From Chiloscyllium plagiosum (Eukaryota), in assembly GCF_004010195.1 (NCBI RefSeq), contig NC_057751.1:4898649-4962648 (forward strand): a DNA stretch of 64,000 nucleotides. The letters run 5' to 3'. The notes under the pieces were generated by a model. The model worked only from the letters and a program-made list of their open reading frames with translations, did not search any database and had not been told where the DNA came from. The position numbers and the translations under genes were made by a program. This document shows, piece by piece, positions 27,230 through 39,637 of this stretch (the stretch's first letter is position 1; every line of letters starts with the position of its first letter).

Positions 27230-28780
27230 GCTCTCTCTCTGTATTGTGTGTGTCTTATACTGGTCCTGTGCTGTGTATACTGGCTCTCTGTGTGGTTTAT
27301 ACTAGCTCTCCTTGTGTGTTATACACTGGTCGTACCTTTGTTGTATGCTGGTCCTGTATTGTGTGCACTGGCTGTCACTGTGTGTTGTATACTAGTCCTG
27401 TATTGTATCTACTGGCTGTCTCTGTGTGTTGTATACCGATCCTGTATTGTATCTACTGGCTGTCCCTCTGCATTGTATACTGGTCCTATATTGTGTGTAC
27501 TGCCTGTCCCTGTGTGTTGTATACTGGCCCTGTATTGTGTGTACTGGCTGTCCCTTTGTGTGTTGTATACCATCCTGTATTGTGTGTACTGGCTGTCTCT
27601 GTGTGTTATATACTGGTCCAGTACTGTGTGTACTGGCTGTCCCTCTGTACTGTATACTGGTCCTATATTGTGTGTACTGGCTGTCCCTCTGTACTGTATA
27701 CTGGTCCTGTATTGTGTTTACTGGCTGTCCCTCTGTACTGTATACTGGTCCTGTACTGTGTGTACTGGCTGTTCCTGTGTGCTGAATACTGGTCCTGTAT
27801 TGTGTGTAGTGGCTGTCCCTGTGTGTTGTATATTGGTCCTGTATTGTGTGTACTGGCTGTCTCTCTGTGCATTGTATACTGGTCCTTTATTGTGTGTACT
27901 GGCTATCTCTGTGTGTTATATACTGGTCCTGTACTGTGTGTACTGGCTGTCCCTCTGTACTGTATACTGGTCCTGTATTGTGTGTACTGGCTGTCCCCTC
28001 TGTACTGTATACTGGTCCAGTATTGTGTGTACTGGCTGTCCCTCTGTACTGTATACTGGTCCTGTACTGTGTGTACTGGCTGTCCCTCTGTATTGTATAC
28101 CAGCCCTGTACTGTGTGTACTGGCTGTCCCTCTGTACTGTATACTGGTCCTGTATTGTGTGTACTGGCTGTCTCTGTTGTATACCGATCCTGTATTGTAT
28201 CTACTGGCTGTCCCTCTGCATTGTATACTGGTCCTATATTGTGTGTACTGCCTGTCCCTGTGTGTTGTATACTGGCCCTGTGTTGTGTGTACTGGCTGTC
28301 CCTCTGTTGTATACTGTCCTGTATTGTGTGTACTGGCTGTTCCTTTGTGTGTTGTATACCATCCTGTATTGTGTGTACTGGCTGTCTCTGTGTGTTATAT
28401 ACTGGTCCAGTACTGTGTGTACTGGCTGTCCCTCTGTACTGTATACTGGTCCTGTATTGTGTTTACTGGCTGTTCCTGTGTGCTGAATACTGGTCCTGTA
28501 TTGTGTGTACTGGCTGTCCCTGTGTGTTGTATACTGGTCTGGTATTGTGTGTACTGGCTGTCCCTCTGTCTGTTGTATATTGGTCCTGTATTGTGTGTAC
28601 TGGCTGTCTCTCTGTGCATTGTATACTGGTCCTTTATTGTGTGTACTGGCTATCTCTGTGTGTTATATACTGGTCCTGTACTGTGTGTACTGGCTGTCCC
28701 TCTGTACTATATACCAGTCCTGTACTGTGTTTACTGGCTGTCCCTCTGTACTGTATACTGGTCCAGTACTGTGTGTATTC
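27230..28780. repeat. ~42-44-bp minisatellite (tgtatactggtcctgtattgtgtgtactggctgtccctctgtac)
   Basis: About 35 variant units with blocks of re-duplicated variants. Confidence 0.95.
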
Positions 28781-28874
28781 TGGTTGTGCGCTGGCCATGA
28801 CCCACGTGCAGCACAGAGCCTGGCCTTGTCTGGGTGCTAGCTGTGAAGTGTTGTGTTTGATGTGTTTTGTGCAG

Positions 28875-29088
28875 GACCTTTGCGAGCAGGAAGAAGCACA
28901 CGTATTGGCCGTACAGCATTAACTGCACAGGCAGCGAGGCCCATGTGTCCAGCTGCAGCCTGGACTACTCTGAAAGCAACACCAACAGCTCGTGTGCCAG
29001 CGAGATGCCTGTGATTGTCAGCTGTGTGGCTGGACGGCCCTTTGCTGCTCTGAGTACTACGCGGGTTCGCAAAGCCTTCCAGACTGAG
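28875..29088 (+). CDS. LOXL2: LOXL2-like coding exon 4: second half of SRCR2 plus linker
   Basis: gtgcag|G ACC TTT GCG; TFASRKKHTYWPYSINCTGSEAHVSSC...VIVSCVAGRPFAALSTTRVRKAFQTE; donor GAG|GTGAT; 214 nt, phase 2 to 0. Confidence 0.92.
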
Positions 29089-31254
29089 GTGATCACTGCA
29101 TGTCCCTGTATAGCCCCCCACCGCCCACCTTCCCCCGCGAAACCCAGCTCACGTGCAATGGGTCAGTCTAGGTGTGTCGTTCAGGGGCAGCCTCACCACC
29201 ATCTCACTGATGGGCTGAATGGCCTCCCCAGGTCACGATAACACCATTTTATTGGTAGAGGCTCAGTGGGTGATGCCTCACTTATAAGAGGCTAATGTCC
29301 CAAACCCGGTCACTAGCATGCCTGATGACAAGGCCTGTATGCAGACATGTTCAGGAGGAAGCTATGGATGGCATCATTGTTTTGTTGTTGGTTAATATTA
29401 CCCCATTACGCTCTGAGTTTTGATGCTCACCAGAACAGCGGAGCCAAGCGGCAGCTGACCTCTGCACAGCAAGATCCCACCCACAGCAGGAGAGGCTGAA
29501 TTTGGAGCTTCAGCTAAGACCCTTGCAGTGGAGGCCCAAGAATGGAAGGTGGGACCCGCAGCCTCCGTGACAGAGAGCTGACTGGAGTAAGGGTACCATC
29601 CAGGCAGGTCTGAAGCACCCCTCTCCTCACCCCCACTCCCCCGCCCCAGGCAATTCGAGCAGTGCCCTCACTCAGTGGGAATTCCAGCCTGGTGAACATG
29701 GAGAAAGCATTCTCGAGTAGCCTGGGAAACTGAAGTTGTAACAGAACTCACCGAACGTAGCACATTCCACATCATGTGTGTCATGCACATGAGATAATGA
29801 GAGCCAGCTGGCTGTGCTGGCTGCTGAGGTCCGACACGGATCAGTTCCGAGCTACCGGAGTTAGCCCTGACCATCCTGCATCCAGGCTGCACCGAATCCA
29901 CGTGAATTGGTTTTCGGGGATTGGAACTGAGAAGCTACAGGGCAGACTATGGGATCCCCACCTGGTCAGATAGCAACCTGCAAGCAACCATGAGTGGCTG
30001 CAGACACAGCAGGGAGGATAAATCAGTCAGCACGCCTCTGTATCCCACTGCTGGCTGCTCCCCTTCTGCCCTTTGCTGAATACTCCCAGCACCCTCTTAG
30101 TGTTTCCCTGCCCCTTTATTGCAATCACCCCCTCTCGGGCTCCTGTCTACCTCCACTCCCTCTCATTCCCCCTTCCTCTTGTCCACCTGCTTGCCATTTC
30201 TCTCTTCACTTCACCTGACCCCGGCTCATTTTCTCCCCTGTTTCTGTTTGCCCTCCCCAGCCCTGCCCTCTCCATCTCCCTGCTGTCAGTTTCCCTCTGT
30301 CTCCAACTTTNNNNNNNNNNNNNNNNNNNNNNNNNNNNNNNNNNNNNNNNNNNNNNNNNNNNNNNNNNNNNNNNNNNNNNNNNNNNNNNNNNNCTCCCGA
30401 ACACCCCCCCCCCCCCTCCACGCCGCCAACCCACCTCCCTGATGTTTGTCTGTTCGTGTTGCTAGGTGTCACACAGTCTGAGCTGTGTCCTCCTGTGAAG
30501 CACGTTGGAATGTTGAAGGTGCTATGGCAATGCAGGTTGTTGCTGTTGTGAATGCTGCCTGACTTTGCCCCGTTTGTGGAGAGGGGGAGGTGGAGTTCCC
30601 CCTGCCTCTGGTGACTTCGTGGGTGGACCCTTGAGGAAGAGTGTGGTCCACAGCGATTCCGTGTTGCTCGGCAACCAGGGGAATCACACCTCCCAGGTCC
30701 AGTCCCCTATAGCATCTCCCTGAGCCACCTGGTGGCCACGATCAGGAATGGGTAGCCCATGCTGATGCCCAGGGAACCTGAGGACACAGTGAACATGTTC
30801 AGACGATGGGACTGGTCCAGTCTGTCAGAGCCACCACCCTCCCTGCTCCCTGAACTTGCTTCCCAACATCCCACCTGAACTCCAGCCCATGTTCCAGGTG
30901 AGCCCAGACTGGAGGAAGGCACCTGGTCTAGTACTCATTCTCAGGGCCAGCACGGATCTGATGGGTTGAATGACCAGCCCCAAGGGCTGTCGTGACTGAG
31001 TGAAGCCAATCTGACAGAGAAGGGGGTGCTGCAGTGTCAGTGGAGCTGACTCCCCTGTCGGACGGACATAGACACACCTCTCCCCTCACGCCTATCTCCC
31101 CATACCTCCTCCCCCCACTCAGTTCCTCTCGACCAAGGCAATTGTCATTTAACCCCCCCACACAGTCAATAGTGACGCCTCACAAACCAAATGCACCTTG
31201 TCATGGCATTGCCATCTGTGGGATCTTGCTGTGCGCTGATGGCCTACTGTTCAT

Positions 31255-31970
31255 AGAGTCATAGAGATGTACAGCATGGAAACAGACCCTTCAGTCCAAC
31301 CCATCCATGCTGACCAGATATCCCAACCCAATCTAGTCCCACCTGCCAGCACCCAGCCCATATCCCTCCAAACCCTTCCCATTCATATACCCATCCAAAT
31401 GCCTCTTAAATGTTGCAATTGTACCAGCCTCCACCACTTCCTCTGGCAGCTCATTCCAAATCTCCAGGGAAAACAGCCCCAGCCTGTTCAGCCTCTCCCT
31501 CTAGCTCAGATCCTCCAACCCTGGCAACATCCTTATAAATCTTTTCTGAACCCTTTCAAGTTTCACAACATCTTTCCGATAGGGAGGAGACCAGAATTGC
31601 ACACAATATTCCAACAGTGGCCAAATCAGTGTCCTGTGCAGTCCAAGCTGAGGGTTTTGTCACATCCAGGGTGAGGCCCGATGTGTCACAAAGCCATAGA
31701 GATGTACATCACTGAAACAGACCCTTCGGTCCAACTTGTCCATGCTGACCAGATATCCTAAATTAATCTCGTCCCACATGCCAGCACCCGGCCCATATCC
31801 CCCCAAACCCTTCCTATTCATATACCCATCCAAATGCCTCTTAAATGCTGCAATTGTACCAGGTCCACCACATCCTCTGGCAGCTCATTTCATACACGTA
31901 CCACCATCGGTGTGAAAAAGTTGCCCCTTCGGTCTCTTTTATATCTTTCCCCTCTCACCCTAAACCTATA
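31255..31970 (-). mobile_element. Two CR1-like LINE 3' fragments
   Basis: Reverse complement of the same CR1 3' end seen at 2380-2840 and 41461. Confidence 0.8.
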
Positions 31971-32569
31971 CCCTCATAAAGAACTCGGTTACAGGGATGG
32001 ATGCCACATGATCTTGCAGCTTTGTGGTAAGATGAAACGATGGTGAGACGTTTCCTCAGTAAAGCCAGAATGTTGAGACCAAGGGTTTGTGAGTTTTGAA
32101 CGTCGTTAATAAGATGAAGAAAGATCTGGATGCAGAGGATTGCATTATTCCCAAGTGGAATCTCCCACCGTGTACCCCTGCTGCACTGATGCTGGTGACC
32201 AGGACATGGGATCCTCTGCCTGGCCAAGACACTGAGGGGAAGGGAGAGGAGAGGAGGGGAAAGCAGCTTTCCAACACAGTGAGGGAGAGGTCGATACCCT
32301 GCGGGACGCAGGTCATGACAGGGTTCTGGGGGAGAGAGAGAGAGAGAGAGTGTGTGTGTGTGTCTACACGTGCGTGCAACGGTGGACCATTCAGCCCATC
32401 GCTCCCATACCAGCTCTCGCCAAGAGCTTTGCGCTTGTTCCCATTAAGCTGCCCTCCCCACCTCTGTTTGTGAGTGTCCGCGCGATTCTCTTCTGCGCGT
32501 TCTCCCAGCAGTGATGCCCCCCTCCCTCTGTGTGTCGAGTGGAACGAACTGCTCCTTTTGTCACCACAG

Positions 32570-32753
32570 AGGCCTCTGATCCGGCTGCGGGGAGGAGCGA
32601 AGATCGGAGAGGGCAGAGTGGAGGTGATGAAGAATGGACAGTGGGGGACAGTCTGTGATGACCGCTGGAATCTGTTGGCAGCCAGTGTCGCCTGTCGAGA
32701 GCTGGGATTCGGCACCGCCAAGGAGGCTCTGACCGGAGCCAGAATGGGCAAAG
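32570..32753 (+). CDS. LOXL2: LOXL2-like coding exon 5: first half of SRCR3
   Basis: cacag|AGG CCT CTG; RPLIRLRGGAKIGEGRVEVMKNGQWGTVCDDRWNLLAASVACRELGFGTAKEALTGARMGK; donor AAG|GTGAG; 184 nt. Confidence 0.94.
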
Positions 32754-33339
32754 GTGAGGATTTGCCGGCCCGGAATATGACCGAGATACCCGGGGGATAC
32801 CCAGGGGAGGCAGAAAGGAAGATTCCCCCTTGCTGCAGCGGACAGTGACCGAGGGGGGCAGAGATTGAAGGGAAGGGGCAGGAGGTTTCGAGGGGATGTG
32901 AGGGAAACCTTTCTCATCCAGAGGAATCTGGAACTCCCTGCCTGTGAAGGTGGCAGAGGCAGGAACCCCCATCACATCGCGGACATATTCAGATGTGAAC
33001 TTGTGATGGTCAGACTGTGGGCCAAGTGCTGGGAGATGGGAATAGCAGAGTAAGCCATTGTTGTTGACCAGTACCGACCCAATGGGCCCTTTATTTTGTG
33101 ACCTCAGCGGCTCCCTGACCCTCTTTTCCCACCACCCCCCCCGCCTCAGTTCTGACCCCCCCCTCTGTCTGGGTTTCTGTTGCTGTTTTCCCATCCCTCT
33201 GCCTATCCTCAAGCCAGACCTGAGGGAGATCGTACGCAGAGACAGGAAGCTGAATTCAGAGTGTTCCTCTTGGCGTCGCTACCATGGTCATTACGTGGGA
33301 AATACAGGGGGCAGGTTTGTTGCTATCCCTTCACAGGAC

Positions 33340-33665
33340 ATGGTGGCTCAGTGGTTCGCACCGCTGCCTCACAGCGCCAGGGACCCGGGTTCGATTCCAG
33401 CCTCAGGCCACTGTCTGCATGGAATTTGCCCATTCTCCCTGTGTCTGCAGGGGTTTCCTCTGGGTGCTTCCTCCCACAGCCTAAAGATGTGCAGGTTAGA
33501 TCAATTGTCCATGCTAAACTGCCCATAGTGTCTCGGGATGCATCGGGTTAATCATGGCAAATGCAGGGTTCTGGTGAGAGGGTTAGGAGTCTGGGTCTGG
33601 GTAGATGCTCTTCGGGGGAGGTTGGTGCACACTCAATGGGCTGAATGGCCTGCTTCCACACTGCA
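33340..33665 (+). mobile_element. tRNA-derived SINE (HE1-like)
   Basis: tggtggctcagtggttcgcaccgctgcctcacagcgccagggacccgggttcgattcc. Confidence 0.8.
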
Positions 33666-34431
33666 GCAATTCTCTGATCCTGGGATGTGGGTGTCACTGG
33701 CTGGGCCCAGCACTTCCTGCCTGTCCCTAGTTGCCCCTTGAGAAGGTCGGGGTGAGCTGCCTTCTTGAACTGCAGTCCATGTGCTGTGGGTTGACCCACA
33801 ATACCCTTAGGGAGGGAATTCCAGGATTCTGACCCAGTGACAGTAAAGGAACAGCAATATATTTCCAAGTCAGGATGGTGAGGGGCTGGGAGGGGAACTT
33901 GCAGGCGGTGGTGTTCCCATGTATCTGTTGCCCTTGCCCCTTGTTTGGGATGAGGGCGATTGTGTGTTTGGAAGGTCCTTGCAAGCTGTTCAGCTGTCCG
34001 AGAAACAAAGAAGAATCCATAATGGTGTCTGGATCTGAGATTGCCATCATGCAGTGGGCTTTGTTTGGAGCTGTTATGGTGTATTGGCAGGGTGTCACTC
34101 CCTTTGGGCCAGACACTGTTACACCAGCTCCTGTTGGTCATGGAAGCTACGTTAGCCATGTGGCCCAACTGCAACTTTCTCACATTCTCCCGTCCTTTAT
34201 CGAGAGGAGATTGGAAAAGATGAGTATTGTATTCCCAACCAAAAGCACCAGAGTCTGGATTTGTCACAATTTCACTTTGGATGGACAGTCAGTTGTTGTG
34301 GGAGAGATGGAGGGTGAGTGCACTGGTCTGTGTCGGCATGGCAGCATCCTGTGTGTCGCCAAGTCTATGTTCACTGTTACCCTTCCCTTAGGTGGCCCCT
34401 CACTAGCTCCTCTGATTGTGTTTTGTCACAG

Positions 34432-34580
34432 GCATTGGCATGACCCACATGAACCAGGTCTCGTGCACAGGCTTTGAGAATTCCCTCACGGCCTGCCAGT
34501 CTAACCAGGAGCAGCTGTGTGGCCATGATGAAGATGCTGCAGTTCGCTGTAACACCCCTGACATGGGCTTCAAGCAACAG
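34432..34580 (+). CDS. LOXL2: LOXL2-like coding exon 6: second half of SRCR3
   Basis: cacag|GC ATT GGC; IGMTHMNQVSCTGFENSLTACQSNQEQLCGHDEDAAVRCNTPDMGFKQQ; donor CAG|GTCAGT; 149 nt, phase 1 to 0. Confidence 0.92.
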
Positions 34581-34769
34581 GTCAGTACCTTCACCTTAAC
34601 TACAGGCCCACCCGCACCCCCCAGGCCGGGCACTGGCACATCACACGCCAACAACACCCCAGACCCTGGCACTGCAGCTGGACATTAGCTTTGTCTTCAG
34701 GAGTAGATTCATTCATGGGCATTGAGAGATGGAGGGCATTCAGGAGAGGAGTACAGACAGGGGTGCCAA

Positions 34770-35070
34770 GGATTCTGGAGAGAGAGAGAGAGAGAGAAAG
34801 GGGGGATTCTGGAGAGAGGGAGGCATTCTGCAGAGAGAGAGTGAGGAAAAGGATTCTGGAGAGAGGATTCCAGAGATGGAGAGAGTAGATTCCATAGAGA
34901 GAAAGAAATAGAGAGGATTCTAGGGAGAGAGGGGGCCAGGATTCTGGAGAGAGAGAGAAAGAGAAGTGCGGGGAGGTGAACAAGGAGGATTCAGAGAAAG
35001 AGAGGGGAGGGGATTCTGGAGAGAGAAAGAGGGAGAGACGGGGAGAGAGAGAGAGAGAGAGAGAGAGAAT
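34770..35070. repeat. Purine-rich degenerate repeat (GGATTCTGGAGAGAG)n
   Basis: Recurrent ggattc(t/c) motif separated by GA tracts. Confidence 0.75.
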
Positions 35071-35571
35071 TAGTGTTTCTGGTTTGAACATTGGAAGACA
35101 AGGTAAAAATGAGTAATAGGATGTGAGGACTTCTTTTTGTTCAGTGTCTGGTCAGCTCTATCCCTGCCGGGGGAATCTGAGCCCTTCTCTCCCAATTCCC
35201 CCACCCATTTCCCCCTCCCCATTTCTCTCTCTCTCACTCTCTCCCGTGCTCGCTCTCTCTCTCTCTCAAACTCCACTCCCTTCTCTTCCCCCACTTTCTC
35301 ACCACCCCCACTACAATGTTCCCTCCAGCCATGAGAGAGTAGCCCCATGGCTTGGTATGATGTGGCGACCTGACCGTTTTCTCGAGGGATGGGGACAAAG
35401 GGCTGGGCTTACCAACACTGAGAACAAACATGACCCACAAACCACCGGGATGGCCTGCAGCAGGGTATTCCAGGGTAAAGCAGGGTTGTGTTAGAAATGT
35501 TGAGGGTGATGGTTGAGGCTGTATGTTTAGTTCTCGCTCATTCCCCTGTTCCGGTATCATCCCGTGTGTAG

Positions 35572-35739
35572 ATCCGCCTGGTCGGAGGACGTACTCCGTT
35601 TGAAGGACGTGTCGAGGTGCTGATGAAGAGGAACGGCAGGCAGCGATGGGGCACTGTTTGCAACAGCAACTGGGGTCTGATGGAAGCAATGGTGGTGTGC
35701 AGGCAGCTGGGCTTGGGATTTGCTGACCATGCAGTTCAG
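35572..35739 (+). CDS. LOXL2: LOXL2-like coding exon 7: first half of SRCR4
   Basis: gtag|[65 protein letters not shown]; donor CAG|GTACA; 168 nt. Confidence 0.93.
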
Positions 35740-36869
35740 GTACAAGTCAGCAGCTTCCAAAGGCGAGATTCCGAACTCTGTATCCCTGCTCATACCTCAG
35801 CCAGGGCATCATCTCCAACTCGTCGTGCTGTTGAATTAGGACTGACCCTCCACCTGACAATGGCCAGCAGTGGAACTTAGCTTTATTGTTCCACAGTAAC
35901 AGCCACATTCCTATTTGCCCCTGAGCTTAGTGTCTTGCTTGGCCACTTCAGAGGGCACTTAAGGATCAACAACACTGCTGTGGGTCTGGAGTCCCATCTC
36001 GGCCACACCAGGCAAGAACCACAGATTCCCTTGACTAAAGGCCATCAGTCTGGCAGGTGCACTTGTACAGCAAGCGTTAATAGTTGTCACAGTCAGCATT
36101 ATTGAGGTGAGCTTTCCATTCTAGTGCCATTTCCACTGTGCCCCACCATCTCCCCTTCCAGAACAGGCTGCATTTTGGTACCAGCCCCATGGGGAACACC
36201 CAGATGTGAGGATAGAGACGTTCCTGTTTCACAGCACAGAAAGAGGCTCTTTGGTCCATCGTGTCAGCACTGGCCCTTGACCATCCATCGATCTGACTCC
36301 CATTTTCCTGGACTTGATCCGTAGCCCTGTATGTGATGGTATTCCCAGATGCTCATCCCAATACATCTTAAGTACCTTGAGTTCCTGTCTTGACCAGCCT
36401 TTCAGTTCCAGATACATACCACTCCCTGGGTGAAAACAAATTTCACCCAATCCCCTCTCAATCTACTGTTGTTTTTATTTTATTCACTCATCACTGACTG
36501 GGCCAGCGATTATTGTCCATCCCTACTTGCCCAGGGGGCAGTTAAAAGTCAGCCACCTTGCTGTGGGTCTGGAGTCACACGTAGGCCAGACCAGGCCACA
36601 GCAGTTTCCTTCCATAAAGGACTTCAGCGAACCAGATGGGGTTTTCCAACAATTGACAATGGTTTCATGGTCATCACTAGACTCCTCATTCCAAAATGCT
36701 TTTTGAAACTGAAATCAAATCAAACTGAAACACCATCTGCTGTGATAGAATTTGAGCCCATGTGCCCAGAACATGAGTTGTTTATAGTTTTGTGATAATA
36801 TCAGCAGGCTATCACCTCTGCTTTGATATTCCATTAGTGTCCCCTTGTTCCTGATCCTTCTCCTGTCAC

Positions 36870-38400
36870 CCCTATCTATGCCCTTGAATTGTGAACACCT
36901 CAGTCAGGTCCCCCCAGCCCAGTTTCCTCTGTTCTGAGGAGAAGAATCGCAGCTGATCCAATTCCTCTTCATAGCTCAGTTCTTCCATCCTGGGAAATAT
37001 CCCGTGATTCTCCTCTGCACTGTGTAGAGGGCAGTTACAGACTTCCTGCAGTGTGGTGACCAGAAACGCATACAGTGCTCCCACTGTGGTCTAATTGACA
37101 TTATACACAGCTCCATCATAACCTCCCTGCTAATAAAGGCCAATATCCCATCTGCCTCTGAACCATCTGAGCCACCGGTCCTGCTGCCTGGAAGGATCTG
37201 TGAACATTAACACCAAGGTCCCTCTGATCCTCGGCACAATCCTTCCAAGAGAACACATGAGCTCACACTTTTCAGGATGACATTTCATTTGCCACTGTTG
37301 AGCCCCATCTACATCATCCTGCAGTCTAGTCTTTCCACCTCACTATTTCCCCCACCTTCCATTTTCCCTTTTCTTGCAATGGTACAGATCATAGCGCATA
37401 CATTCACGTCTCTGTCGTCAGTGTACACTACAAACAGCAAGAGACCCAGCGCCAAATCCTGTGGAATGCCACTGGACCCAGGCTTTCAATCTCCAAAACA
37501 CCTTTCAACCATCACCCTCTGCTTCCCATCACAGAGCCTCTTTTGGATCCCATTTTCCAAACTGCCCTGGATCCCAGTTTTTAAGCAGCCTGCCATGTGA
37601 GACTTCGGAAAGAGCCTGACTGAGGCCTATATAGGCATCGACTGCACGACCCTCAGCTACACACCCAGTAACTTCCTCAAAAAGTACAGTCTGTGAGACC
37701 TGAGCTCCCCCTGATCCCAGTTTTTAAGCAGCCTGCCATGTGAGACTTCGGAAAGAGGTCTATATAGGCATCGACTGCACGACCCTCAGCTACACACCCA
37801 GTAACTTCCTCAAAAAGTACAGTCTGTGAGACCTGAGCTCCCCCTGACCAAGCCATGCTGACTCCCCTTGGAGAATCATTGCCTGTCCTCAATGTTTCCT
37901 GATGGTCTCCCAGCCACAGTTGTTAGACTGACAGGCCTATCGTTTCCTGGTTTATCCCTGGTACCTCTCTTGAATAATGGTACCATGTTAGCTGGCATCC
38001 AGTCCTCTGACATCCCTCCAATGCGGCCAGACAGACTTTGGAAATGAATGTTGGAGCCCCTGGCGTCTGACAGCAGCGTGGGGTAGATCCATTTACAAGG
38101 TTGCTGAGACCACCAGGACCTGTCCCCTCTCCATGCTCATTTGTTTAAGTGTATCAAGGCCCTGTTCCCGAATTATTGACTCAGATCATCCTTCTCCACA
38201 GTGAATACACATGCAAAGTACTCATTTCAAACTTCAGCCATGTCTTCAGGTTCCACTCAGACATTTTGGCCACTTTGCTCCCCAGAGGGATCTCCTCTTC
38301 ACCTGGATATCCTGAAACCTCGAACAAATTGGGGAACCAGCTGTTGGATTTTCCTATATTTGACCTGTGCCATGATTTTTCAGGCTGTCACTTCAGTCTC
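36870..38400 (-). mobile_element. Old decayed CR1-like LINE
   Basis: Diverged remnants (MEELSYEEELDQLRFFSSEQRKL; VLFEEVT...EGRAVD). Confidence 0.55.
37570..37846. repeat. Tandem duplication, ~140 bp x2, inside a LINE remnant
   Basis: gatcccagtttttaagcagcc...gagctccccctga occurs twice; the second copy has a small deletion. Confidence 0.85.
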
Positions 38401-39471
38401 CTCATTGCTTGAAGTATCTCCACTTATGTTTGTATAATCACGCGCACGTCTGCTCTCCCGAATCTAAAGAGGCAATGGAAAATATGCAGTTAGCGAGGGT
38501 CTCGGGGACGGTGTTGGAATTTCTCAGTTCTTCAAAGTCTTGGACAGGATGCATTCCATTTCTTTGTCTCAAAATACCTCAATTTCGCAGTAACTGAGAG
38601 GGATCTTTCAGATGACCAAGGGGAGACTGTATACTGTTATGGTGAGGCCAAACACTCAGGTATACATGGCAGACAGCGTTCCATTGGGGAATTCAGGACG
38701 TTCTCCCACAGAGAGTGGTGAGAATGTGGGACTCACAATCTGAGGGCGCTCGGTAGTTCTGTGATAAAAGCTTGGCTAGAATTGGCAAGACAGCAAAGAT
38801 CTCCATTGATATCTGTGGAATATTGGTGCAGAATAATTTAAGGCTTTCGTGAAGGAGGATCAATATTTCTTCTCTCTCGGTGAGAGGGAAAATAACCAAG
38901 GAGGCTGCGTTGGCAGGATCCGAACAAGAGGTGCACAGAGGAGATTGTGTACTGAATGGGGATTGCGATGGGTGAGGATTGAGGGAGGGAGACTGAGACA
39001 GGGATGGACAGAGGGGATTGTGTTCTGAATGGGGATTGTGATTGAGGGAGGGAGGGAGACTGAGACAGTGATAGACAGAGGAGATTGTGTTCTGAATGGG
39101 GATTGTGATGGGTGAGGATTGAGGGAGGGAGGGAGACTGAGACAGTGATGGACAGACCAGAGTGCTACCAGAGAGAGAGAGAGAGAGAGAGACCAGGTTG
39201 CTATCTTAATGGAGGTCAGGATAGTTATCAAAGGGGATTGGAGGGTTTCGGGGTAGAGAACTGGACAAAGTAGATGGCGAACTTATTGCAGAAAGGGATC
39301 AGTCTTGGTATGAAACAGTGTAATCCTGCTGAGGAGAAGTGGTGGAAAGGAGATTGCTCCATTCTGGCTGTGTTCAGGTATTAGCCGTGCTGGAGTTGCC
39401 ATGCTCCAGCTCAGATCAGAGGTCTCGCCTGTGTTTTTCCCTCAGGCTGATGAGTTGGTGTTTTCCTTCAG

Positions 39472-39637
39472 GAGACCTGGTTCTGGGGAGGGGATCCGTC
39501 AGCTGATGAAGTGGTGATGAGTGGTGTGAAATGTTCAGGCACGGAGATGTCCCTTTTCCAGTGTCTTCACCATGGGGAGGAGCTCGATTGCCCCAATGGA
39601 GGGGGACAGTTTGCTGCTGGTATCTCGTGCACAGAAG
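39472..39637 (+). CDS. LOXL2: LOXL2-like coding exon 8: second half of SRCR4
   Basis: ttcag|GAG ACC TGG; ETWFWGGDPSADEVVMSGVKCSGTEMSLFQCLHHGEELDCPNGGGQFAAGISCTE; donor AAG|GTAAGT; 166 nt. Confidence 0.93.

Noticed and set aside
27230..28780. Possible CRISPR-like array
   Set aside because: Units are contiguous with no unique spacers, there are no cas genes, and the context is a vertebrate intron.
27167..28922. Long Cys/Tyr/Val-rich ORFs (439, 526 and 358 aa), superficially membrane-protein-like
   Set aside because: Open in several frames because the minisatellite lacks stops; no domain signal.
33340..33420. tRNA gene-like A/B boxes
   Set aside because: These are heads of multi-copy SINEs continuing into the SINE core; no complete cloverleaf is evident.
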